Below are positions 39,491-49,332 of a stretch of DNA of 64,000 nt, piece after piece (positions within the stretch are counted from its first letter, which is position 1; the number at the start of each line of letters is the position of its first letter). The notes under the pieces were generated by a model. The model saw only the letters and a program-made list of their open reading frames with translations. It did not search any database and was not told the DNA's origin. This DNA comes from Candidatus Spongiisociaceae bacterium. GTDB taxonomy: Bacteria; Actinomycetota; Acidimicrobiia; Spongiisociales; Spongiisociaceae. A program made the position numbers and the translations under genes. The stretch covers positions 3,904,001 through 3,968,000 of the forward strand of contig OZ253564.1 of the NCBI GenBank assembly GCA_965262915.1, given 5' to 3'.

Positions 39491-39595
39491 CCCGGCTACA
39501 ACGCCGCGAACGTGATCGCCGAGGATTTGAGGCTACAACGCTGGTGGCCCAGGCCGGGCTTCTAGGAGGGATACGGATTCTTCGAGGACTGGTAG
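39491..39595 (+). pseudogene. 3'-terminal remnant of a COG1233 oxidoreductase paralogue
   Basis: Translates PGYNAANVIAEDLRLQRWWPRPGF*EGYGFFEDW*, matching the C-terminus PGYNAVNVIAEDLKIKRWWPKPAFLEGYGFFEDW of 10068-11660; internal TAG at 39563-39565. Confidence 0.88.
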
Positions 39596-39730
39596 CGGGT
39601 CAGGCATCACCGGTTGCCAATAGTTCGTTCTCACTATCCGAGAAGCAGCTTTCGTTCCACGACAGTAGAGACGTAGACTGCCTGGCAGCGTAAGCAGGCC
39701 CGTAACGACTATCGAGGAACAGAGGAACAT

Positions 39731-41179
39731 ATGACGCTCTCATCGCTTCTTTCCACGACCGCACTCCCCTTTCAACCCGACCTGTTCTCAGCCGGAGAGA
39801 AACTCTCAGGTGATCCCCTCGAAGTGCGCTCCCCCTGGGACGGCTCCGTCGTGGGGACAGTCCCGACAGGTGGAAGAGCCGATACAGCGGATGCGATAGA
39901 GGCTGCCCACCGAGCCACGCTCAACCCTCTTCCGGCCTACCGCCGGGCCGAGATACTCGACGGGGCTGCCGCCCGGATCGAAGCCAACCGGGACGCGTTC
40001 GCCCGCATCCTGGCACTTGAAATCGGAAAGCCGGTCAGCCAGGCGCTGGTTGAAGTCGACCGGTGCGTCCAGACCTTCCGGTTCTCGGCAGCGGAAGCGC
40101 GCACCCTGACCGGGACCGGCGTTGCGTTCGACGCCCATCCGGCCGGCGTGGGCCACCGTGGTTTCACCATCCGGGTTCCGATCGGGGTGATCGCAGCCAT
40201 CACACCGTTCAACTTCCCGCTGAACCTGGCAGCACACAAGATCGGGCCTGCGATCGCGACCGGATGCGGTGTGGTGCTGAAGCCATCGAGGGAGGCACCG
40301 CTGGCAGCCGCCGGCCTCGCCTACGTTCTGTACGACGCCGGGTTACCTCGGGAAGCCCTGTCTGTCGTGGTGGGCTCCTCCTCCGACATCGGTGATGTGC
40401 TCATCGCCGATAACCGGGTAGGCATGATCACCTTCACCGGTTCCAGTGAAGTCGGGTGGCACCTGGCGGCCAGAGCACCGCAGAAGCGGGTCAGTCTCGA
40501 GTTGGGCAACTCGACACCGGTCATCGTGTGCGCCGACGCGGACATCGCCGCGGCAGCCGGGGCGGCAGCAGCGAGTGGGTTCGCCTTCGCCGGCCAGTCC
40601 TGCATCTCCGTACAACGGGTCATCGTCGAGGAGTCCGTACACACCCGGTTCGTCGAGGAACTGGTGGACGCCACCGTCGGCAAGATCCTCGGAGACCCCT
40701 TGGACCCTGCCACTTTCGTCGGTCCATTGATCAACCACAGCGCCCGCGAACGGGTAGCCGCCTGGATCGATGAAGCACAACACACGGGAGCCACCTCACT
40801 CGTCTACTCAGGGAGCAGCGGACCACACCTCGGGCCGACCGTGCTGGACGATGTCGACCCGACGAATCGGCTCTGGTGCGACGAGGTGTTCGGACCCGTG
40901 GTCGGCATCCGGACCTTTGCCGACTTCTCCGAGGCGATCGAGGCGGCTAACGCCACCGAGTACGGACTCCAGGCGGGCATCTTCACCAACGACATCCGCA
41001 AGGCCCTCGACGCTGCCGAGCAACTCGACTTCGGCGGTGTGACCATCAACGAAACACCGACTTTCCGCGTCGATCAGATGCCTTACGGAGGGACGAAGAT
41101 CTCCGGCAACACGAGGGAGGGCCCCAGATACACGGTCCGGGAGATGACCGAAGAACGCGTCGTCGTGATCGGAGGTTGA
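39731..41179 (+). CDS. NAD(P)-dependent aldehyde dehydrogenase
   Basis: ITPFNFP; LKPS; FTGS; LELG; AGQSCIS catalytic Cys; EVFGP; MPYGGTK.SG. Confidence 0.95.
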   Translation: MTLSSLLSTTALPFQPDLFSAGEKLSGDPLEVRSPWDGSVVGTVPTGGRADTADAIEAAHRATLNPLPAYRRAEILDGAAARIEANRDAFARILALEIGKPVSQALVEVDRCVQTFRFSAAEARTLTGTGVAFDAHPAGVGHRGFTIRVPIGVIAAITPFNFPLNLAAHKIGPAIATGCGVVLKPSREAPLAAAGLAYVLYDAGLPREALSVVVGSSSDIGDVLIADNRVGMITFTGSSEVGWHLAARAPQKRVSLELGNSTPVIVCADADIAAAAGAAAASGFAFAGQSCISVQRVIVEESVHTRFVEELVDATVGKILGDPLDPATFVGPLINHSARERVAAWIDEAQHTGATSLVYSGSSGPHLGPTVLDDVDPTNRLWCDEVFGPVVGIRTFADFSEAIEAANATEYGLQAGIFTNDIRKALDAAEQLDFGGVTINETPTFRVDQMPYGGTKISGNTREGPRYTVREMTEERVVVIGG

Positions 41180-41180
41180 T

Positions 41181-42059
41181 CTGACCGCGTCCACTGCGTC
41201 CCGTAACCTTGAGGCCGCCGACCCCTTCTACCCGCGGGTCGAGACCACCGGTTCGGGTCCGCGGGTTCTCGACCGGACGTTCGCGATCTTGCGGTTGTTC
41301 ACGCCCGACGCGCCTGATTGGACCGTCACCGAGGCAGCCGAAGCACTCGACCTACCCGTTCCGACCGTGCACCGGCTCCTGGCCGCCCTCCAGCGGCACG
41401 GGTTCGTCTCTCGGGACGATGCGTCCAAGCGGTACCGGCTCGGCGTCGCAGCCTTTGAACTCGGAAGGCGGGCAACGGCGTCCACCGACCTGCAAACAAC
41501 CAGCCTCAAAGTTCTGGAGTCGATGGCCGCGGCGAGCGGTGAGACCGTTCTGCTGACAGTGATCGGCCCTGATCGGCGCACCTCGGTTTGTCTCGAACGC
41601 GTCGAGAGCCGAAACCCTCTACGGCTGTCGGTCGTTCCCGGTCTACGGGTTCCGCTCCACGCGGGGGCCTCCCAGAAGGCGCTGCTCGCCTACATGAGCG
41701 ACTCCGACCTGCAAGCGTTCATCGACGGTGGCCTACCGGCCTTGTGTGATGCGACGATCACGGATCCGAGCGTACTCACGAAGGAGTTGCGGTCCATTCG
41801 CACACGGGGTTGGGCTACCTCCTATCAGGAGACAAACCTAGGCCTATGGGGGATTGCGATCACTCTGCTCGACTCCGACACGAACGCTGTTGCGGCGGTC
41901 GGTCTTGCCGGACCACGGGACCGTCTACCGAAGTCACGGATACCCGAAGTTCTCCATGTGCTGGACGAGGGTGCTCGCGCCATAGCAGCAACCAGGGCAC
42001 TGAAGACCTCGACACAACTGAGCGGCGAATGGTCCGAGAACAGTCTCAAAGAGAGTTAG
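41181..42059 (+). CDS. IclR-family transcriptional regulator (start probably non-canonical CTG)
   Basis: VLDRTFAILRLF, LPVPTVHRLL, YRLG, PLHAGASQKALLA, IRTRGWA. The first HTH helix lies upstream of the first ATG/GTG/TTG (41289). GGAGGT precedes an in-frame CTG at 41181. Confidence 0.9.
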   Translation: MTASTASRNLEAADPFYPRVETTGSGPRVLDRTFAILRLFTPDAPDWTVTEAAEALDLPVPTVHRLLAALQRHGFVSRDDASKRYRLGVAAFELGRRATASTDLQTTSLKVLESMAAASGETVLLTVIGPDRRTSVCLERVESRNPLRLSVVPGLRVPLHAGASQKALLAYMSDSDLQAFIDGGLPALCDATITDPSVLTKELRSIRTRGWATSYQETNLGLWGIAITLLDSDTNAVAAVGLAGPRDRLPKSRIPEVLHVLDEGARAIAATRALKTSTQLSGEWSENSLKES

Positions 42060-42090
42060 ATCCACAACCCACGGCAAAGGAGAAGGCCCG

Positions 42091-42921
42091 TTGACGACAT
42101 CAATTCAGACACTTCTAGAGTCATCGACACCGACGTCGGCACTCTCCGGGAAGGTGGCGTTGGTCACGGGAGCCGCGAAGGGACTGGGTGCGGCCATCAC
42201 CATGGACCTGGCCCGCCAGGGTGCAGACATCGTTCTCAGCGCCCGGGACGAAGATGCCCTCCGCCAACACGCCGACCACCTGGATGCCGAGTTCGATCAC
42301 CGTTCGTCTCTCGTAGTCCGCGCGGATGTTCTCTCCGAAGATGACGTGCAGCAGATCGTCAACCAAACGGTGGACCGATTCGGGGGCATCGATATCCTGG
42401 TCAACACCGCAGGTGGCACCGGACCGATCGAAACGCCCGCTCAGAACGTCGAAGTACAGGCTTTCAGGGAGATACTCGAACTGAACGTGCTCGGTACCTT
42501 CATCGTCTGCAAGTACGCCATCCCCAGCATGATCGAGCGGCGCGACGGCCGCATCGTCAACATATCCGGCACCAGCGGTCTGCGCGGGTATATCAACCGG
42601 GCCGGATACTCCTCGTCGAAATGGGCGGTTCGGGGCCTGACCAGGACGCTGGCGCTCGAACTCGGCCCGTACGGCATAACCGTCAACGCGGTCTGCCCGA
42701 ACGTCACCCACGGCGACCGGATGACGAAGATCGTGAACACGAAGGCCGCCACTCTGGGAGTGACTCCCGAGGAGGTCTACGCCGACTTCGCATCGCAGAC
42801 CGCCCTGGGCAGGTTCATCGACAGCGTTGACATTGCTGCCGCGGTTTCGTTCCTGGTGTCGAACGGCGCCCGCAACATCACCGGGCACGACATCGTGGTG
42901 GATGCCGGTTGGGACGTGTGA
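42091..42921 (+). CDS. Short-chain dehydrogenase/reductase
   Basis: TGAAKGLG; NTAG; YSSSK; VNAVCP. Confidence 0.93.
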   Translation: MTTSIQTLLESSTPTSALSGKVALVTGAAKGLGAAITMDLARQGADIVLSARDEDALRQHADHLDAEFDHRSSLVVRADVLSEDDVQQIVNQTVDRFGGIDILVNTAGGTGPIETPAQNVEVQAFREILELNVLGTFIVCKYAIPSMIERRDGRIVNISGTSGLRGYINRAGYSSSKWAVRGLTRTLALELGPYGITVNAVCPNVTHGDRMTKIVNTKAATLGVTPEEVYADFASQTALGRFIDSVDIAAAVSFLVSNGARNITGHDIVVDAGWDV

Positions 42922-42955
42922 GACGATTCATCGCGGATAGCAGGAGTGAGTCCGG

Positions 42956-43822
42956 ATGCGAGTAGCCGGCGTCCAGAACGGTCCGGTCGGCGACCGGCCG
43001 TCCTCGGCGGTACGCCTGGCGTTCCGCCAACTCGGTGACGAAACACCCGACCTAGTCGTTTTCGCCGAGCTGTTCAGCTTGCCCTTCTGGTGCGTCGGCC
43101 ATACCCGCCAGGACTATTTCGCCTGGGCTGAGAATCTCGAGGGAGAGACGCTGACCACCGCCCGAGAAGAGGTGCAGAAACGGGGATGCCATGCGGTCGT
43201 ACCGTTCTTCGAACGGGGCCCGATCGCAGGCGAGTACTTCAACAGCGCAGCCGTGCTGGGACCTGACGGATCGGTCATCCCGGGGGTTCTCCCCACCGGG
43301 GAGGAGACCCCCGTCTACAGGAAGAACGCCATCTCGTCATATAACTGGGGAGGATCCGTCAACGACGAGAAGTACTACTTCCGCCCCGGGCCTGGATACC
43401 CGATCTTCACGACGAGCATCGGACAGATTGGGGTGCTTATCTGTTACGACAGGTGGTTCTCCGAGGCTTGGAGACTCCTCGCCCTCGCAGGCGCCGAAGT
43501 CATCTGCGTTCCGAACGCTTCGAGCGGGACTGTCTCCGAATTGTTCGTGCCGTCTATCAGGACCTGGTCGGCCCAGAACATCGTCTTCACGGTCGGCGTG
43601 AACCGTGCCGGCCACGAAACCGTGAACGGAGTGTCCACTTACTTCTACGGTCTCAGCTGCGTGGCATCCCCCCGCGGTAAGTTGCTGGCGGTCGCACCGG
43701 AAGGGGAACCCGGTGTCGCAACGGCAGTTATAGACCCCGAGGAAGTCGCCGCAGCTCGAATGGATCAGACCATGTATCGCGATCGGAGACCGGAGCTGTA
43801 CTCTCCGTTGACCCGATCATGA
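42956..43822 (+). CDS. Nitrilase-superfamily C-N hydrolase (beta-ureidopropionase/N-carbamoylase-like)
   Basis: Catalytic triad E (FAELF), K (YRKN), C (ICYDRWF); EKYYFRPG; YRDRRPELY. Confidence 0.92.
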   Translation: MRVAGVQNGPVGDRPSSAVRLAFRQLGDETPDLVVFAELFSLPFWCVGHTRQDYFAWAENLEGETLTTAREEVQKRGCHAVVPFFERGPIAGEYFNSAAVLGPDGSVIPGVLPTGEETPVYRKNAISSYNWGGSVNDEKYYFRPGPGYPIFTTSIGQIGVLICYDRWFSEAWRLLALAGAEVICVPNASSGTVSELFVPSIRTWSAQNIVFTVGVNRAGHETVNGVSTYFYGLSCVASPRGKLLAVAPEGEPGVATAVIDPEEVAAARMDQTMYRDRRPELYSPLTRS

Positions 43823-45228
43823 GCATCCCGACCAGTCTGCGAGCCGGGATCGATCTGCTCGACCGGAAAGGCGGCCTGGTCCGCATCAAGCGGCCCGTGG
43901 ATCCGGTCGGCGAGCTCACTGCGGTCATGGGGGCGCTCGAGGAGCGGGGCGATTGGTCGGCCGTTCTCTTCGAGTCGGTAAAGGGATACGAAGGCTGGCG
44001 CATCGCGGGTTCGCTCTTCTCCGACCGGTCCAACGTCGCAACGATGCTGGGAGTCGACCAGGTCCGGCTGGTCGCCGAGTTGAGTGACAGGTTCAGCCAT
44101 CCTCTACCGACCACGAACGCACGGTCGGCGCCGGTCCAGGAGGTCGTTGTGACCGGTGACGATGCCTCGCTGGACGATATCCCCCTCGTATGGCACCACG
44201 AGAGGGACGCCGGCCGCTACATATCCATGGGGCTGACCTTCGTCAAGGATCCGGACACCGGCATGCCCAACGCCGGGATCTACCGGTTCATGCAACGCGA
44301 TGCCAGGACTCTCGTTCCTTCCCTGACATCCATTTCGAACATCGCCGACATCTTCCGCCGCCAGGAAGCGCGCGGTAAGCCTCTCGACATAGCCATCGTG
44401 CCGTCGGCTTCCGCGGCACTCACCTTGGCGGCGAGCTACCGGGCGGCGCTGGGCACTGATGAGTGCACCCTGGCGGGCGGCCTGCAGAAGGCCCCGGTGG
44501 AGTTGGTACCGGCACGAACCGTGGATGTGGATGTTCCGGCTGATGCGGAGTTGGTCATCGAGGCCCGCATCCAACCGGGTGAACGGCATCCGGAGGCCCC
44601 CTTCGCCGACATGTCCGGGTCCTACAGCCGCGTCAAGTATGGCCCTCTGGTCTCGGTGAGTGCCATCACCCGGCGGCGGGACCCGATCCTACAACTCGCA
44701 TTCTCGGGTCACGCCGACTCCACCAATATGGCCGCGATCGGACATGAGGTAGCGATATGGAGGGCCGTCCAAGCGTCCTCATCGAACGTCGTAGCGGTTC
44801 ATGTCCCGGCCAGCGGATACGGGTTCCATTGCTATCTGGCTATCCGCAAGGCACCTACCGTCGAAGGGGGTGAGCGTGGTGAGCAGCGCAACGCCATGCT
44901 GGCCGCATTGGGGGCCGTACCGCAGATCAAGCTGATCGTCGCCTTCGACCATGACGTGGACATCTTCAACGAACACCGGGTGCTCGGTGCACTGGCGCGC
45001 AGGTTCCAGGCCGTCGATCCCCGCACCGGTCGGAGCCACCTCACCGTCATCGGAGACGCCAAGGGCGCCACCTACGATCCGAGTAGCTTCCATCGGGAGT
45101 ACCCGAATTCGAAACTGATGATCGACGCCACCATCCCGACCGATCTGGACCCTGCGGTTCGGGCCGCATTCGAGGAAGCGAAACCGGGATGGCATGAAGA
45201 CATCAACCTGGCCCGGTACCTGGAATAG
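43819..45228 (+). CDS. UbiD-family (de)carboxylase 2, divergent active-site motif
   Basis: DAGRYI; NAGIYR; VPADAELVIE; EAPFADMSGSY in place of EGPFGEFTGYY; DVDIF; YDPS; IDAT. Confidence 0.88.
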   Translation: MSIPTSLRAGIDLLDRKGGLVRIKRPVDPVGELTAVMGALEERGDWSAVLFESVKGYEGWRIAGSLFSDRSNVATMLGVDQVRLVAELSDRFSHPLPTTNARSAPVQEVVVTGDDASLDDIPLVWHHERDAGRYISMGLTFVKDPDTGMPNAGIYRFMQRDARTLVPSLTSISNIADIFRRQEARGKPLDIAIVPSASAALTLAASYRAALGTDECTLAGGLQKAPVELVPARTVDVDVPADAELVIEARIQPGERHPEAPFADMSGSYSRVKYGPLVSVSAITRRRDPILQLAFSGHADSTNMAAIGHEVAIWRAVQASSSNVVAVHVPASGYGFHCYLAIRKAPTVEGGERGEQRNAMLAALGAVPQIKLIVAFDHDVDIFNEHRVLGALARRFQAVDPRTGRSHLTVIGDAKGATYDPSSFHREYPNSKLMIDATIPTDLDPAVRAAFEEAKPGWHEDINLARYLE

Positions 45229-45658
45229 TCCGGCCATTGGATATCGTTGCAATGCACCCGTCGGACCTCGATGTTGCCGATGACCGAGCGTTTGTGATGT
45301 CGCCTGGTCTTCCTCTCGGTCAGATCCCCGGAGATTGTCGAGGCTCTCCTGCCGTCACTACCAGTAGCCGGGACATCCTCGGTGTGCCGGCCGCGAGCGG
45401 CTTCCCGACTTGCACACCATGGGTCCCGGACAGCAGACCGGTGCCCTGGCGAGGCGATCCTGAAATCCAGCCCCACCAACCGGACCCGCTTCGCCACCCT
45501 CGCCACCGACACCCTGCCTGACCTACACGCCGTCGACCCCACCGACCGGGCAGTCTCTAGGCACACGCCGGCTGCTGCCCTCCAGACAACCCACACTATT
45601 CTTGTATAGTATTATCAGGAGCAATCTTGAGCCCATCAGCCTATTGGACGAGGTGGTC

Positions 45659-45958
45659 ATGGACCGAGTACCCGGCTTAACCCCTGAAGAGGATGCGCTC
45701 ATCACGGAGCTAGCCGGCGACCCGAGCAAATGGGTACCCGCCGGACCCGAAGCGTGGGAACAAGGACGGCGCATGGCACAGGCCATAGCCGATACCTATA
45801 CCGACGAAGACTGGCGTCGGGTGCTTAATCGGTTAGCCCCGCCCAGAGCAGCTAGGCAGATCGCACGCCGCCCCGCGGCAGATCGCGCACACCTGCTGAG
45901 CCTATTGGGCCCCGAGCAACGGACTGAGGTCGAGCATCTGTTAGCCGTGACCGCATAA
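45659..45958 (+). CDS. Hypothetical protein, candidate antitoxin
   Basis: 99-aa helical ORF with a GAGGTGG RBS, directly upstream of the BrnT-like ORF. Confidence 0.5.
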   Translation: MDRVPGLTPEEDALITELAGDPSKWVPAGPEAWEQGRRMAQAIADTYTDEDWRRVLNRLAPPRAARQIARRPAADRAHLLSLLGPEQRTEVEHLLAVTA

Positions 45959-45965
45959 CACTGGT

Positions 45966-46232
45966 TTGACCAAGCCACCCTACATCGCCCGGTCCGCATG
46001 TAGACACGGCATCACTTCGGATGATGTCCGCTTGACACTGGACGAGCCGGAATGGGTGACGCCACTACCGGTCCTGGTAACGGGAGAAGATGATCAAGCC
46101 GATCGCTCCAACGTCAACGTGTACGGTGGGTATGACACGTTCGGGCGATCCCTGGTCGTTTTTGTAGACAGATTCGAGAACATCGCCTTCCACTCCGAAC
46201 GCGGCGATCGGCGCTTCGGCTGGTTGTTCTGA
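45966..46232 (+). CDS. Small BrnT/RelE-fold-like protein, candidate toxin
   Basis: ARSACRHGITSDDV...GGYDTFGRSLVVFV...IAFH pattern, 88 aa. Confidence 0.5.
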   Translation: MTKPPYIARSACRHGITSDDVRLTLDEPEWVTPLPVLVTGEDDQADRSNVNVYGGYDTFGRSLVVFVDRFENIAFHSERGDRRFGWLF

Positions 46233-46378
46233 AGCCTCATGCGGGGCATATCCTGATCGTCTCGTCAAGTCAATACAATTCCCAATGATCAGCGGATTGC
46301 ACGCCGTTTGGTCTTCGGTGTGCGAAGTTGTTTGATTGTCCTTGAACGCTGGACCCGCAGCGAGAAGGAAGGAATAAG

Positions 46379-47806
46379 ATGAGTGAGCCCTCGCGTGGCA
46401 GGATCTCCCGGTTCGTATTACCGCCCGGCGGCTCGTACATCCTGGAACCCGAGATCGTTCTGACTCCGGATGGACCACAACGCGGTTGCGCAGCCGCCAT
46501 CGAAGACGAGGCCTTCACGGCTGTGGACACCGTGAGCCGCGTTGCCGACTCCCGTCCGGGTCTCTTGTCGACTTCGCTGCCCGGAGTCGCGATGATTCCT
46601 GGCTTCGTGGACTCTCACCAGCACCCGACCCAGACCTTCGGGAAGGCGATCATCGGGGGCCAGCCCGCCCAGATCTGGAAGCGAATCTGGTTACCGCTCG
46701 GTGAAGAAATGAGTGCTGAGGCAATCTACGTCGCCGCAAAATGGGCCGGCATCGAAGCCCTCCGGGGAGGCTTCACGACCATGGTCGCGTCAGGCGAGCT
46801 CGACGAGGAGAAGAGCCGTGCCGTTGAGAGAGCTATAGACGAAGTCGGGATCCGGTGCGTGCTCAGTCGGAGGTTCAGTGACGCCGCGCATTACGAGAGT
46901 CCTGCGAAGGATACGGTCACCGGTAGATCGGCAAGAGAATGCCTCTCGGTCGCGGAGGAGGTTGGTCGCGCCCCGACAGTAAGCCCGCGCATCACCACCT
47001 CGCTTGCTTGCGACTCGGTCCAGGCTGCTTCACCCGAGCTCCTCCATGGGATCGCAGCGCTGTGTGGAGAGCTGGGTCTCGTGTTCCAGATTCACGCCAA
47101 CGAACACACTCCCGAAGTCGAGGGGTCAATGGAGCGCTACGGCCTGCGTCCGATCGAGCTGCTCGGGTCTCTTGATGCGTTAGGCCCGCAGACACTCATC
47201 GCGCATGCAACGCTGGTGACGCCCCATGAGATCGGTCTCCTAGCGGAGCGCGGCGCCATCGTGAGCTACAACCCCGTGGCCAGCGCGTGGAAGGGGAACG
47301 CAGTGGCTCCGGCACTCGAGTTTGCCAGTGCCGGGGTTCGTTTCGGGTTGGGCACGGACGGTACGCGAAGTGACGGATTCCGGCTCATGGACGCCGCGGA
47401 AACGGCTCAGCGCCTCACCACCGGCATCAGAGTCGATGACTGGTTGGCGGGCAGCGGGCGCCTGTGGCTCGAGGCGGCAACCGTCGGTGGCGGAGCAGCA
47501 GCTGGACTCGGTGACCAGATCGGGGCGATCGCTCCAGGAAGGAGAGCCGACTACCTGCTGCTCGACGTGACGGCACCCGAGTGCCTCCCGAGCTGGGACT
47601 TCGTTTGGGAACTGGTGCGCTACTACGACCGAACGCACCTGTTGGCGGTCTATGTCGACGGGGAGAAGCTCGTAGAGGGAGGCCAACCCGTCGGGTGGAA
47701 CCTTGCTGCCTTCATCGCCGAGCATGCGGCCATGGCACGAGACATCGTCCGGCGAGCCGATCTGATCCTCGTAGGAGATCGACCGGACCCTCGTCAAACC
47801 GCTTGA
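46379..47806 (+). CDS. Amidohydrolase, SsnA/MtaD/8-oxoguanine deaminase/AtzA-type
   Basis: PGFVDSHQH; RGGFTT; IHANEH; AHAT; YNPVAS; GLGTDG. Confidence 0.9.
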   Translation: MSEPSRGRISRFVLPPGGSYILEPEIVLTPDGPQRGCAAAIEDEAFTAVDTVSRVADSRPGLLSTSLPGVAMIPGFVDSHQHPTQTFGKAIIGGQPAQIWKRIWLPLGEEMSAEAIYVAAKWAGIEALRGGFTTMVASGELDEEKSRAVERAIDEVGIRCVLSRRFSDAAHYESPAKDTVTGRSARECLSVAEEVGRAPTVSPRITTSLACDSVQAASPELLHGIAALCGELGLVFQIHANEHTPEVEGSMERYGLRPIELLGSLDALGPQTLIAHATLVTPHEIGLLAERGAIVSYNPVASAWKGNAVAPALEFASAGVRFGLGTDGTRSDGFRLMDAAETAQRLTTGIRVDDWLAGSGRLWLEAATVGGGAAAGLGDQIGAIAPGRRADYLLLDVTAPECLPSWDFVWELVRYYDRTHLLAVYVDGEKLVEGGQPVGWNLAAFIAEHAAMARDIVRRADLILVGDRPDPRQTA

Positions 47807-47883
47807 AGCCGCATCGGGCGACGGGTCGCGGACGGCCAGAGGCCTCCTGCGCCTGATCCCCCGGGCCGGCTCGGCAATGGTCT

Positions 47884-49332
47884 ATGGTGACGTTCCATGA
47901 GGGATTCATGGTCCCGGTAACCAGCGGCATCTTCGCCAGAGACCCCTACGCGCTCCAGCCCGATGCGATGGTTCTTCCTGGTGGCGTCATGACCGATTCC
48001 CCCGTCCTCGTCGTCGATGCCGGGGGAGTTGGCTTCGCCGGACATCGGCAAGGTGCCTTGGGGCGTTACCCAGGCATAGAGATCGAGCGAATCAAGGGCA
48101 AGGTGATCGTTCCGGGTTTCGTGGATACGCATCACCACGTCACACCATCGTTTGTCAAGGCTATCTCGTTCGGTGAGCCGGCCCAGATGTGGACCCGGAT
48201 ATGGATGCCGTACGAGGCCGCTCTCGATCCGGAGATGAGTTACTACGGGGCAAAATGGACCTTTGTGGAGGCTCTGCGCGGCGGTTTCACGACGCTCGTG
48301 GACAGTGCGATCCGCCCCGCTGAACACACGGCCGCTGTGCTCAAAGCTGCCGATGAGTGCGGCATCCGGCTGGTCCTTTCCACCGGTGTGTTCGACCTTA
48401 GTGACTTCGGGACCGAAGCTCCCACGCCAGATCTCGGGGGTTCGATCCACGGTGTTGTGGAGCTGGCCGAAGAGCACCTCGACATGTGCGCCGGCTACGC
48501 CAATGTAGAGCCGTCGATGGCCTGTGGGACGGTGCAGTCGAACTCCGGCCGACTGATCACAGCCCTGGCACGGTGGTGCCAGGAACACGATGTGTTGTTC
48601 CAGATCCATGCCAACGAACATACGGGAGAGGTTCACCGTTCGGTGGAGCGCCATGGTCTGAGACCGATCCAATACCTGGACGCACTGGATGCGCTGGGTC
48701 CGATGACGCTGCTGGCGCACACCACGCTGGTCACACCTGCCGAGGCTCGACGCCTGCGCGACACCGACACGGCCGTGAGTTACAACCCGGTTGCTAGCCA
48801 GTGGAAGGGCAATGCGGTTGCACCGGCACTCTGGTTTCACGAGTTGGGCATCCGTTTTGGAATCGGAACGGACAACACCCGCAACGACGCCTTCCGGCTG
48901 CTCGACGCCGCGGAGGCGACCCAGCGCATCGCGTACGGCGTACCACTCGACGACTTCTCGACGGGCGGTGGTCTTTTGTGGCTGACCGCGGCTACAGCCG
49001 GCGGAGCAGATGCCGCAGGTCTGGGTGGCAAGGTAGGCGCGCTCGCCGATGGTCAGCAGGCCGACTTCTTGATTCTGGATGCGACCGGTCCCGAGCGGCA
49101 GCCATCCTGGGATCTGGCGTGGGAACTCGTCCGCTTCTACGATCGATCAACCATCGCGGCCGCGGTGGTGGCCGGCGTTCCCAGAGTCATTGGGGGATCT
49201 CCCGTCGGTTGGGACCTGCAAGCCTTCCTGACCGATGCGCTTCCCAAAGGCATCGACCTGGTCCGGAAGGCGGGAATGGTGCAGCTCCACAAACCCTCGT
49301 CCTTGGGACTGAGCAGTTCGATGGACCGGTAG
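47884..49332 (+). CDS. Amidohydrolase, SsnA/MtaD-type, tandem paralogue
   Basis: PGFVDTHHH; IHANEH; YNPVASQWKGNAVAPA; GIGTDN. Confidence 0.9.
   Translation: MVTFHEGFMVPVTSGIFARDPYALQPDAMVLPGGVMTDSPVLVVDAGGVGFAGHRQGALGRYPGIEIERIKGKVIVPGFVDTHHHVTPSFVKAISFGEPAQMWTRIWMPYEAALDPEMSYYGAKWTFVEALRGGFTTLVDSAIRPAEHTAAVLKAADECGIRLVLSTGVFDLSDFGTEAPTPDLGGSIHGVVELAEEHLDMCAGYANVEPSMACGTVQSNSGRLITALARWCQEHDVLFQIHANEHTGEVHRSVERHGLRPIQYLDALDALGPMTLLAHTTLVTPAEARRLRDTDTAVSYNPVASQWKGNAVAPALWFHELGIRFGIGTDNTRNDAFRLLDAAEATQRIAYGVPLDDFSTGGGLLWLTAATAGGADAAGLGGKVGALADGQQADFLILDATGPERQPSWDLAWELVRFYDRSTIAAAVVAGVPRVIGGSPVGWDLQAFLTDALPKGIDLVRKAGMVQLHKPSSLGLSSSMDR

Noticed and set aside
39475-39693. FmdB zinc-ribbon protein after the formamidase
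   Set aside because: No CxxC motifs; the region is explained by the COG1233 remnant in another frame.
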